A DNA stretch of 64,000 bases. Origin: Octopus bimaculoides (lineage: Eukaryota). Position 1 is the first letter of the stretch; every line of letters starts with the position of its first letter. Of the stretch, positions 14,486 to 25,855 are shown in pieces. Both the position numbers and the translations under genes were made by a program. The notes below the pieces were generated by a model. That model made no database searches, was not told the origin of the DNA, and was given only the letters and a program-made list of their open reading frames with translations. The stretch spans positions 29,565,322 through 29,629,321 of the forward strand of contig NC_068997.1 of the NCBI RefSeq assembly GCF_001194135.2, given 5' to 3'.

Positions 14486-14703
14486 TATTGGGTTGGTGCA
14501 TAATTATTGCAGCTTTTTTACAACAAATTTTATTCAACAAAAACAATAACATGTAACAAAAACATCTTTAAATGATTATTCTAGACCATATTCATCATCT
14601 ACTTCAATTACTGCTTCCCATTTGCTTGGCAGACAGTCAGACCATCATTTAAAAATGTTTTTGTTAAAAAAAAAAGCCGCAATAATTATGCACCAACCCA
14701 ATA
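14486..14703 (-). mobile_element. Internally deleted mariner (MITE-like)
   Basis: About 30-bp TIRs (tattgggttggtgcataattattgc / gcaataattatgcaccaacccaata) with TA ends; residual transposase C-terminus LPSKWEAVIEVDDEY on the minus strand. Confidence 0.8.
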
Positions 14704-16857
14704 CCAATGGTGGGCCAAAAAGTTTAGCACTTTTTTCAATGTCAAGGATTGTAAAAGTTTTTTAAAAAATCTCTACTTGACATCCATCCAATCAAACCTG
14801 CATGGATGTAAATTTCTTGGTGAAAAACAAACTTCATTCTTTGTCTGAGTTTTGCAAGATTCATCGTGTAAACTGACACTATAGACTGAAATACAATCAA
14901 GTAAGGAAGCGTCAGGTTGACTGGCTGAGAGGGCTCCTGCTTATTGTTCTGAACATTAAGGTGTCAGCAAAAAATTGTCACCTAAAAATCTTGCTAGTTA
15001 ACTGATATTTAATACATGGCAAAGTTTTTGTAAGACAGGGGGGAGGTGAGAAGAGATGCAATTACATTTCTGATGACCCAGAAGTGAATATTAGGACTGA
15101 TTACGATACAAGAACAGGTACAGCATCTAATACAAGAACAGCCTCGGAGTTCTGAACTGAAAAGTTAAAGAGAAGAGAAGCCAGGCAAGTTCATGCTCCT
15201 TTTAAAGAATAGACAAGGTTTGGAAAGTGAGCAGTCTCTTTGTCCGAACAGAAAATTGAAATTACAGAGAATTTGTTGGAAAGAAAATCTAGATGAAAGA
15301 ATAACAAGGTGGAGTTTGTTGTTGGATTTTAGTTTCTGAGATGATGAAAAGACAGACAGACAGACAGAGAGGGGGAGAGTGCATCTGAAGGCCAGACTAA
15401 AGTGTGCCTGTGAGTAAAAGGGTAAAGGGCAAAGACCCCCCCCCCCTTCGGTCATGAATGACCATGGGATTGCACCAAGTAAGTTAACCTCTGAGGCACA
15501 AATCTGGACAAGGTTGTTTATGGAAGACTAACAGTCACCTATGCATACCAGCCTCCCCTCTCCTCACTACTGATGTTATCCAAGGGAAAGGCAAAGGGGC
15601 CGATACAGCTTGGCACCAGTGACATCACAACTTATTCCTACAACTGAATGAACTGGAGCAACATGAAAAAGTGTCTTGCTCACGAACCCAACACAGCTCA
15701 GTCCGAAAACTGAACTCACTACCTCATGATTGCAAGTCCAACACTAACCACTGAGCCATAGTATCTTTAAGCTAATCAGTTAGGTGGCCCTTTTTTGGAT
15801 GCATTCTAGAATATGTGTCCTCAAAATACAATTTACAATCTTAAAAAGGTAATAAATATTAGATAATGTTGTCCTAGCCAGAAATAAAAAAAAAAAAAGG
15901 TGGGACGGTCATGCTGGAGTTCTCAATCAAGAAAGATTTGGGGTTAAACAATAACTCTACTGATTTCACTTCTAACTGGAACCTCACTTTCAACAGCCTC
16001 TTCACAAGAACTAGATAATTATATTTAGCCTTTGCACTTAGTAAAACAAGATGTTGCTGAAAACTGTCTCAAGATCAGCAAAAATATTTGTAACTGTCTC
16101 TTAAGAGATATGGTGCCTCTGGGTTACACATTTTGAGCCAAAATGCAGACATCCTATTCAACTAAACTCTCTCATGAACTTAATTTTTAACATAACTTGA
16201 TTTATTAACATGAGATCTTGTTATTTTTTCTTCTAGCTCATATCTTATCTTTATAGCGTTTGACAACTGTCATTCTCCGCTAGTCTCCAATAATATCTCC
16301 TGAAATCCAATATTCACAACAATAAAACTTGGCTTTCACCAAAGCCAAATACACTTCAGCTCTGAGCAACGGCTAACTCTAGACAATCTAATAAGTTGCC
16401 AAGTGCTGTTGTCATATCCAAAATGGTAGACTGTCTTATCTGCCTTCAATTATTTGCACTACTGTATAGGTGCAGGTATGGCTGTGTGGTTAAAAATCTT
16501 GCTTCTCAACCAGGGAATCTTGGATTCAGTCCCACCTGCACAGTACCTTGTCAGTGGATTTGGTAGACAGAAACAGAAAAAAAGCCTGTCATATATGTAT
16601 ATATGTACATATGTGTTGGTATGTACTTTTGTCCTGACATCACATGGCAGTTGTAAATGAGTGTCACTGTTATAGAAGTGAGGTGGTTGATTTTCAATCT
16701 TCTGGTAAAAAAAAAAAAAAAAACTGGTACAGCTATGGAAAAATATTGGTTTCAAATTTTGGGACACAACCAGCAATTTCGGGGGGTGGGGTGGGGTTAA
16801 ATTAATTACATCGACCCCGAATAATCAACTGGTATTTATATTATCTACCCTGAATGG

Positions 16858-17160
16858 ATAGTGGAGGTGTAATGGCCCAGTGGTTAGAGCAGCGGACTCG
16901 TGGTTTCGATTCCCAGACCAGGCGTTGTGAGTGTTTATTGAGCGAAAATACCTAAAGCTCCACGAGGCTCCAGCAGGGGATGGTGGCAAACCCTGCTGTA
17001 CTCTTCCACCATAACTGTCTCTCACTCTTTCTTCCTGTTTCTGTTGTACCTGTATTTCAAAGGGTCAGTCTTGTCACACTGTGTCACGCTGAATATCCCT
17101 GAGAACTATGTTAAGGGTACACGTGTCTGTGGAGTGCTCAGCCACTTGCACGTTAATTTC
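16858..17160 (+). mobile_element. tRNA-derived SINE family D (related copy at 59985-60295)
   Basis: A box tggcccagtgg, B box ggtttcgattcc; shared body gtcacactgtgtcacgctgaat...gtgtctgtggagtgctca. Confidence 0.75.
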
Positions 17161-17689
17161 ATTTCGGTATACAGTATACTTAGTAAAACCAGTAAAGACA
17201 CAACTATCTCTAACTGCCTACTATGTACTGCCATACTTCTCTTTACTTATAGTGACTAGGTCATTCCATTCATCCCATGGGACAGGTGTACCATTATTAC
17301 TAATTCTCTACGATGTCTCCCCTTTTAAGTCTTTCTTAAGAAGTGTCATTTCATCTAGTGGTAATTTTTATTTTTATTCACCCCACTCCCTTTTTGAGTT
17401 TTTCCATATAATTTAGAATTTTTTGTGTTAGGCATCTATTTTCAGGAACTCTGTAGGTTTTCTTTTCCTCTCACTTGTGTGCCTGGGTTCAATCACCTGC
17501 AGTGGTGTTGGTACTTGGAACGTATCATACAACCATTCCATCAGCTCCTCCAACTTCTTTGGCACACTCTCCACGAATCTCTTTTTCAGTCGGTTCCTGG
17601 GTCTCTTTTCTATGCCTTTTCTACTTTTTACCCAATCAATGAACTTTGCTTACGAAGACCTATTGAGGCAAGTGAAATCAAATCAAAAT

Positions 17690-18172
17690 CACTGACATGG
17701 CCGATGACAGTACCGCCTGATTGGCACTCATGACAGTGGAATGTTAAAAGCACATTTGAGCGTGATCGTTGCCAGGACCACGGATTGGTTCCTGTGCCGG
17801 TGACACATAAAAAGCACCATTCGAGTGTGATCATTGCCAGCATCGCCTTACCAGTACATGTGCTAGTGGCACATGAAAAATCCATTCGAGTGTGGTTGTT
17901 GCCAGTGTCACTGGACTGGCTCCCGTGCAGGTAGCACATAAAAAACACCTTTTGAGCGTGGTCATTGCCAGAACTGCCTGACTGGCCCTCGTGCTGGTGG
18001 CATGTAAAAGTACCCACTACACTCTCGGAGTGGTTGGCGTTAGGAAGGGCATCCAGCTGTAGAAACTTTACCAGATCAGATTGAGTCTGGTGCAGCCATC
18101 TGGCCCACCAGTCCTCAGTCAAACCGTCCAACCCATGTCAGCATGGAAAGCAGACGTTAAACGATGATGACA
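17690..18172 (+). mobile_element. RTE-family 3' UTR copy. Other short copies at about 2095-2280, 6800-6990, 12175-12420, 20090-20262, 20600-20780, 33085-33245, 34205-34330, 34860-35035, 38075-38330, 46660-46872, 53520-53690, 55200-55330, 56040-56210, 57930-58050, 61230-61450
   Basis: Shared core ggttggcgttaggaagggcatccagctgtagaaac...ccaacccatgccagcatggaaa...gttaaacgatgatgat; copy boundaries approximate. Confidence 0.75.
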
Positions 18173-18645
18173 TTTTATTTATGCATTTGGTAATGACGCC
18201 ATCTTCCCAACTCTGCTTTCCATTTCTGTAAGCCCTCACATACACCTTTTCACCAACTTTAAATAATCTTGCTCTGCCTTCCCTGACACACTCCAAATCC
18301 CACTGCATTTCACATGAAAGTCTTGGTTCTGCAAAGATGCCTTGGGATACAACTCACTTTACCTTTCATTGCAGTAAATTTTGGTCTGAAACATTCAACT
18401 CCTACACCAAAAACTACAGTGGATAAGCAGGAAATTTTATCAAGGTGAAATTCACAGTTAACAGCTAGATGTTTTTCTTCCTCAGACATATTTACAAAAT
18501 GCCAGCAGTGAACCTACTTTGGGATTCCTCCTGAATCCACAAAGAATACTTTGTGCTTGTAATACCATGCCATCTCTCTCTTAACTCCAAAACAGAAGAC
18601 TTATTTCATATTCTTACTATTATAGTATACATAAATACATAAGCC

Positions 18646-18677
<32 letters not shown>

Positions 18678-21600
18678 GTCTTGGTATCTAGAAGACCCAA
18701 AGAGTGTCAGGTAACGCTAAGTAAGTGCTATGGACAGACTGTAGTTAAACTCTTGGTTTGATAATGATACAAGTGAGGAGTCTAATGTGGGTCTTGTATT
18801 AGCATGCATATATATGTACACACACACAGGCAGTGTATAGAGTTTTGTAAATTCAGGTAGTATTATCCTTAACTCATAATACTGGGTATATTTAGGACAA
18901 GTTTCAAGGTGCAGAAACCTTTACAACTAAGTGGTACCAAGATTGAGAAAAAGGCTTTTAACACCACAGACACATAAAAATAGAAATGGAAAGTGTGTTT
19001 CGTTTGGTAAGAGAGTCGTAGAATTAACATGATCAACAGAAAAAAAAAACACTTCATAAACCTTCAAAACAATTATTTTTAACAGATTAAGAAATCATAT
19101 GAAGACAGTGAAGAATAAGGTACTGACTGACAAATTAGGAACCCTTAAAGTCAATCAGAAAGTTACTAGTCACTTCTAGGAGACAAAAATAAAACCTAAT
19201 CTTTGCAAATCCTAACCGAAAACAACGAAGAGAGGACCTGGCCAGATAGATTATCAGAGAGTTTGTGATGCTAAAACATCAACTATTCTTAGCTGCTGCA
19301 TCTAGCTAACATTCCATTTATATTTATACTCATATTACTTGTACATATATTATTAGTTAGTTATCTATCCAGTTACATAGTAGCAAAATGCTTAGGTAAA
19401 CAGTAAAGTGTTTGTTCTAAAAACAAATTTATACTCAAGAAAATTCCAGATGACAGCCAGGTAGGTAAACTGATAGGTGAGAGGTGGTCTCTATTATCAA
19501 GTCATTCAAACACCAACTGCATACTACAGGTTACTTAGTTCTTAAATAGTATCAAAGGATATGGAAAAGAAAAACCTCCAGATGGAGGAAAGGGGGGAAT
19601 CTCTGACCAGATCATTATAGAATACAAAGAAAACTATTAAAATATACCAAAGGGCTTACTAAATTTTCCAACAGATTTTCAGTAATAAAAATACGTCCAC
19701 CACTCATAATAGAAAGCAGATTATGAGGATTTAAGATTTTTAACTTTCAAGAAACTGTCAAAGTCAAAACAATGGTCAGTTGAAAACTATTTTAATGGAT
19801 GGAATCTCAAGTAATTTTTCAAAAGCATTTTTGATGTGAAGAAATTTAAAAAATAGGGTAAAATATAAACATAAAAGAAATACAATTTCAAACGTAAATT
19901 TTGTGGGAAACTTAAACCTAAAGTATTGAACTGGTATGATTTTTTTTTTTTTTTCAGACTAGGTGTGAGTAGCTATACAGATGGCTCTGCAGAAACCTTT
20001 TCCCATCTACTCCAGGGTTCGCAATCCTGCTGCAAACTGCAGGACAATCTCAAAAGTGCAGGTGACATGAAGAATGAAGAAAAAAAAAAGAAAAGGTACC
20101 CAGCCCACACTGTAAAGTGGTTGACATTAGGAAGGGCATCCAACCGTAGGAACCATGCCAAAGCAGACAGAGTTTGATGCAGTCCTTGGACACATTGGTT
20201 CCTGTCAAACCATTCAACCCATGCCAGCATAGAACATGGACATTAAACGATGATGATGATGTCAAGTTGAATTGAACACAACCAGATGTAACTAAATACC
20301 CCAAAGCCCATTATTGGGACTGCTAATCCACTCCCTTCCATTGTTTGAATACAAAAAGTGAACTGAATAGTCTTTTACTGGTCCCAGCCAGTTGGCTGCA
20401 ACCTTATTTGGATAATGCCATCAAACTGTTGGACTGACCAGTAGAGCTTAGTTCAAGTTGTAAAATTTGATCGTTTTTAAACTTTTGAAAATGTCAATTC
20501 AGTGAGAGGTGGTGGTTTATAGTATGTCGGTTTGGCCAGCAGCACTTGAATAATTCTATGGTATCAAGATAAATCTGAAAAACCATGCCGAATCAGACCT
20601 TACCAGTGTTGGTGCCACATAAAAGCACCCAATCCACACAGTAAAGTGGTTGGTGTTAGGAAGGGCATCCAGTCATAAAAAGCATGCCAAAGCAGACAGT
20701 GGAGTTTGGTGCAGCTCCCCAGCTTGTCATCTCCTGTCAAACCAGCATGGAAAACGAAAGTTAAATGACGAGGATGAAGATTCCTTCAGTGTTCTCACCA
20801 TAGACTTCTTGCATTTATTGTTGGACAAACAATACTAAAATTTACAAGTTTCAACACGTAATTTTCATTTTAAAAGATGGTAGAAAATGTTTAGAGTAAT
20901 ACGACTGCTGCACTGAGTAGGTAACTTGACAGAAGATGTTTTTTTTGTTTCATCAAATTGGAACATGTTAATGCTGGCAAAAAAAAAATGTAACGACATT
21001 AATCAAGGTAAAAGTGTCTGTAGTTAAAGTCTATGTTCAGAATCTGAAGCTAAAAGAGAAAACAAAATACGTTAGCAGATGTTTAAAAGCAGCTTTGCTA
21101 AAGTTATTAAAAGTTGAGATCTGCAAAGTCTATAAAGTATAGTTTCTCAACATTGAAATATAAACTTGACTAATTAATACCAGTAATAAACCAAAATTTA
21201 CACTTTCTATATAATTATTCCGATTAAATTTAATTGAACTGTTTTCTTTATAGAGAAAAAAACCCCGATTCAAACGAACTTAGCATCGATTACATTGTTG
21301 ATTACTTCTAAAAACAACCACTTGCAAATGAAGAACAAGGTCCAGCGATACTATTGACCCCACTACTTGACCCATACGTCATTTTATCGACCCAGAAGGA
21401 TAAACTGGCAAAGCTGATCTCTGCGGAATTTGAACTCAGACATAAAGAGCTGGAAGAAATACTTCAAAATATTTCTACCCGATGCTCTAATGATTGTGTG
21501 CCATTTTTTTCTTTTTTTCCCGTAATGAAATGTCAATATGAATAACTAGAAAATGTTCGAGTAAAATGTATTCATGCGAGTGTATATATGACAGAAGGAG

Positions 21601-23113
21601 TCTACAATAAAACATGGGGGGAAAAAAAAAACAAAAAAAAACGTTGGTTGCGCTAATACGAGGAGAATAAAATGACAAAATAAATTCAAATAGTTAGGAT
21701 AATCTGAAGCCAAAGTATTGTTTACACACGCACACAATAATATAAATAGATAAAAATAAAAGAAATGAACTGAACGAATGAATGAATGAATGGCGAGTGC
21801 CCAGTAAATAAGTATACGCTATGCGCAATTACTATCAATGGAAGGAAAACGTAATGGAAATGAGTGAGGTTGAGAATGCAGAGGAATGAATGATGAAATG
21901 TCTGCACAATAATACCATATCTAATGGATCTGAAAAGGTTGAAGAAGAAAATCAGAATGGAAACTAGCTGTCATGTGAAACACATCTGAGAATCAGAAAG
22001 GTTACTGAGTGGTGATATATCTAAGTTTATCTGATAAACAATACACAAATGCACTTAAATGCAATATGAATGAATGTCAAATGGTCATGAGATTAGCGAG
22101 ATAATAAACGAATTTGCAAGAGAATGTAGAAGAGATTTGGAATCGGATCATTACACAACATCAAGTGTTGTTGTTGTTGTAATGCAAGGCTGGTGATATT
22201 AAACGAGACCTAAGCAGGAAAATTGTGACAAAAGCAGCGGGAAAAAAATACATCGCAAGTGAAAACAGTTACAANNNNNNNNNNNNNNNNNNNNNNNNNN
22301 NNNNNNNNNGGGGGGGGGGGGTCAGTAAGTTTTATCTCTCGACAGATTAAGATATAAAGGAGCAGAGACTAATTCATATGGAAATTAGCTTTATGATGAA
22401 ATTGAGAAGATATAAAATATTTTTTTAATTGCATCAAAACTGCTGCTTTTGATTTTAGGGTTAACATTAAATTTTTTTTTTTTTTTTTTTTTTAAATGAC
22501 AGATCACAAAAACTCCTGTATCATTTCTCTGACAAAGGATCCGTTTACATTTAAATTTCCCTAACCCACATCGATTCATTTAGCATAACTTTCCGAAAAT
22601 ATTAAAACTACAGTGAAACAAAGAAGCCAGAAAAACTGCGCGCGCGCGTGTATATGTTAAAAAAATAAAATCGCAGCACAGGAAATTAAAATGACAGAAT
22701 TTAAAATGATAAAAACTGCTGCCCCAGCCTAGGAACTTATTAAAAAGCTTTTAGTACGTTATGTTGTCTATCCTTGTCTTCCCATCCTAACCAAATAATG
22801 AAGGCGCTATTTAAAATTGAATGAACATGCTTTCAAATATTTAATCTATCGTTAGTGCTGAGTCATTAAGCGTGAAAATAAATTGAATAAAGTTAGAAGT
22901 AAAAGAAAAGAAAAAAGGAAAAAGTTTTAATTGAATCTGAAAAATAAATGGAGATTTTGCGCATCAAGTGTCGCTAGTGAATGGTTATTTTAAAGTCAAC
23001 TAGAAATTTAAGTGTTTTAACCGCAACTAATTCAGAAACAGATTCATTGTAAATATAATTTCAAACAAGATAAGTTCTACAGTTCTATGTTTAAGAGATG
23101 AGGAATTATGTAC

Positions 23114-23349
23114 ATTATTTACATTTGACGGATATTTGACCTAATCTTGTTTGTTGTTATACCCTCCAGCCTTCATCAGGTGTCTTGGGGAAATTTCGAA
23201 CCTGGGTTGTCATTCTTAAGGTATTTTTCAATGTTATTATTATTCAGGCCACTGCCTGGAATCGAACTCGGAATCTTGGGGTTAGTAGCCCGCGCTCTTA
23301 ACCCACGAGCATATGGCGTAGTGATTCCGTGTTCGATTCCAGGCAGTGA

Positions 23350-23385
<36 letters not shown>

Positions 23386-23540
23386 CAACAACAACAACAA
23401 CATCGAAAAATACCTAAGGAATGAGAACCCCGGTTCGAAATTTCCCCAAGACACCTGATGAAGGCTGGGGGGTATATCAGATGAACCGTTGTGTTAACAA
23501 CAAACATAATGAGGACAAATATCCGTCAATTGTAAATAAT
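23114..23540. repeat. Palindrome of two head-to-head tRNA-headed repeat copies
   Basis: Arms are reverse complements (cttcatcaggtgtcttggggaaatttcgaacc / ggttcgaaatttccccaagacacctgatgaag); A and B boxes point outward from the centre at about 23310. Confidence 0.88.
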
Positions 23541-23759
23541 TTAAGTTCTAACAAAATTTATTAAGTATTAAAAAAGAAAGCTTATCTAAAGGAATTTGGA
23601 TTAATGTTATGCGTGTGTACGGAAGTGGTTATACACCATTAGTTGTATTCCGATTCCGTACATTAAATTTCTTAAGGAAGAAAACGGAACGCAGACTCTA
23701 AACTAACAACACAACAATATTTTTATTACAGTAGAATTCTGCTCACACTAGGAGGGAAT

Positions 23760-24060
23760 TCGGTAGCATGTCGCCCTTTGGTTAGATGAGACGCCGTCAA
23801 TGACGTTGCGTGGTTAGACGTCATTTTTCTCCTTTCTGGTTATCTTTGTGGCTCCAGTGTTGAGTTGTCGGAGAGCTGCTACCGTGACGTCTAGCTTCCA
23901 CGAAGTTCAGAGAGGAAAGAGATCGAAAATGCGCGGGAACGCTTGGATATGGATGACTACGCATGCGCATGAGACTCTTCCTGTATTCCTTCCGGAACTA
24001 GTCCCTGCGTATGCGTGGATAAACTCTCCAGAAATGGCGATTGATATTAGGCGCCACTAG
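23760..24060. promoter_or_regulatory. CpG-rich promoter-like motif cluster in the Spire intron
   Basis: Four TGACG(T) CRE-like sites, ACGCATGCGCATG (NRF1-like), TTCCGGAA (ETS-like) and AAATGGCG (YY1-like) within about 300 bp. Confidence 0.55.
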
Positions 24061-25548
24061 ACGTGTATGAAAAAAAATATTTCTGAATTCAAAGTTTAAA
24101 TGAAACCGTTGTTGAGCCAGAATATAAACTGATTATTCAGATAGAATTCCATTTTGGCACAACTAAATATTAAACCTTTATTTTAACCCCCAAACTAATG
24201 TTAAATACAAGTTTAATCCTTTTCTCGTAAGTACTTTTACACAACATTTGGTCCTAATAAGTTTAACAGTGTGTGACATGGAGTAAACTAGTTTCGTTCA
24301 AATGAGCAAAGAAATTCTGTAGTCAAACACGTTTATTCAAACGGCCAACAAACAAAACAATCTTACAGACTGCAAAATGAAAAATACAAAAATCGGTGGT
24401 CCTTGCCAGCACAGCTTTGATGATACTTAACCTGTTAAAGAGTAGATTAAAGGGTTAGAAGAGATTTCTTGGATCAACATTAAAGAATAAACCATGAACA
24501 ATTCACCAATTGTCAAGAGAAGTCTTGACTCCTGACCACCCCTCCACTTTCTGCTTAACTCTTGGCAATATATCAGAGCCTCAAAGAGCTAAGTCACTTG
24601 CTCAAGAACACGGAATATAGGTTAAACTTGAGACTAGCAGCTTCACACCGTATATCATATAATTTATTAATCTATTTAATAATGACTATAACATTTAACT
24701 TCGATCAATTATGAATAGCCATGCCATATACCAAATTTTGTGCGAGTCAAAGTAGGCTTGACAAGCAAGAAATAACAGTTGAGTTGTTCTCAAGCGACAC
24801 CTTGCAATCTTCAAAATGCAACAACATATTGGATTCATTGGCCGAAATAATAGATGACCATGACTGGAACGTTCTGATCATATGCATACTTAATCAGAAC
24901 AAATAAATATTATAGTTCAACAGTCAAAAATTTGGTCCGCAGACTGGAATACGATTATTTATTCAATGACTTTTCGAATTAATCATTGTTCAGAGTCTAA
25001 CCACAAACGGTATAATGTCTACNNNNNNNNNNNNNNNNNNNNNNNNNNNNNNNNNNNNNNNNNNNNNNNNNNNNNNNNNNNNNNNNNNNNNNNNNNNNNN
25101 NNNNNNNNNNNNNNNNNNNNNNNNNNNNNNNNNNNNNNNNNNNNNNNNNNNNNNNNNNNNNNNNNNNNNNNNNNNNNNNNNNNNNNNNNNNNNNNNNNNN
25201 NNNNNNNNNNNNNNNNNNNNNNNNNNNNNNNNNNNNNNNNNNNNNNNNNNNNNNNNNNNNNNNNNNNNNNNNNNNNNNNNNNNNNNNNNNNNNNNNNNNN
25301 NNNNNNNNNNNNNNNNNNNNNNNNNNNNNNNNNNNNNNNNNNNNNNNNNNNNNNNNNNNNNNNNNNNNNNNNNNNNNNNNNNNNNNNNNNNNNNNNNNNN
25401 NNNNNNNNNNNNNNNNNNNNNNNNNNNNNNNNNNNNNNNNNNNNNNNNNNNNNNNNNNNNNNNNNNNNNNNNNNNNNNNNNNNNNNNNNNNNNNNNNNNN
25501 NNNNNNNNNNNNNNNNNNNNNNNNNNNNNNNNNNNNNNNNNNNNNNNA

Positions 25549-25855
25549 CTGCGTGGCACCTTGGGCAAGTGTCTTCTACTATAGCCTCGGGCTGACCAAA
25601 GCCTTGTGAGTGGATTTGGTAGATGGAAACTGAAAGAAGCCCATCGTATATATGTATATCTATATTTGTCCCCCCAACTTCGCTTGACAACCGAGGCTGG
25701 TGTGTTTACGTCCCCGTAACTTAGCGGTTCGGCAAAAGGAACCGATAGAATAAGTACTAGGCTTACAAAGAATAAGTCCTGGGGTCGATTTGCTCGACTA
25801 AAAGGCGGTGCCCCAGCATGGCCGCAGTCAAATGACTGAAACAAGTAAAAAGAAA
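25549..25855 (+). mobile_element. tRNA-derived SINE family A. Other copies at about 10045-10240, 10710-11130, 16470-16680, 32400-32560, 49200-49500, 53722-54085, 55020-55180 (+) and 46180-46310, 49860-50080, 51270-51530, 63428-63800 (-)
   Basis: Shared ggcaccttgggcaagtgtcttctactatagcc...aaagccttgtgagtggatttggtaga...cagcatggccgcagtcaaatgactgaaacaagtaaaag; the ccttgggcaagt segment is CORE-like. Confidence 0.85.

Noticed and set aside
18363-18385. 23-nt candidate Spire microexon
   Set aside because: In-frame TGA with a phase-1 entry.
23250-23345. tRNA gene
   Set aside because: Only a partial tRNA-like head with no acceptor-stem closure or poly-T terminator; it is part of a repeat. The same applies to the heads at 16858, 55755 and 59985.
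23720-23826. Short minus-strand ORF (MTSNHATSLT...) as an alternative Spire first coding exon
   Set aside because: It has a possible GTGAGC donor in phase 0, but the peptide is just the reverse reading of the CRE motif cluster; no independent support.
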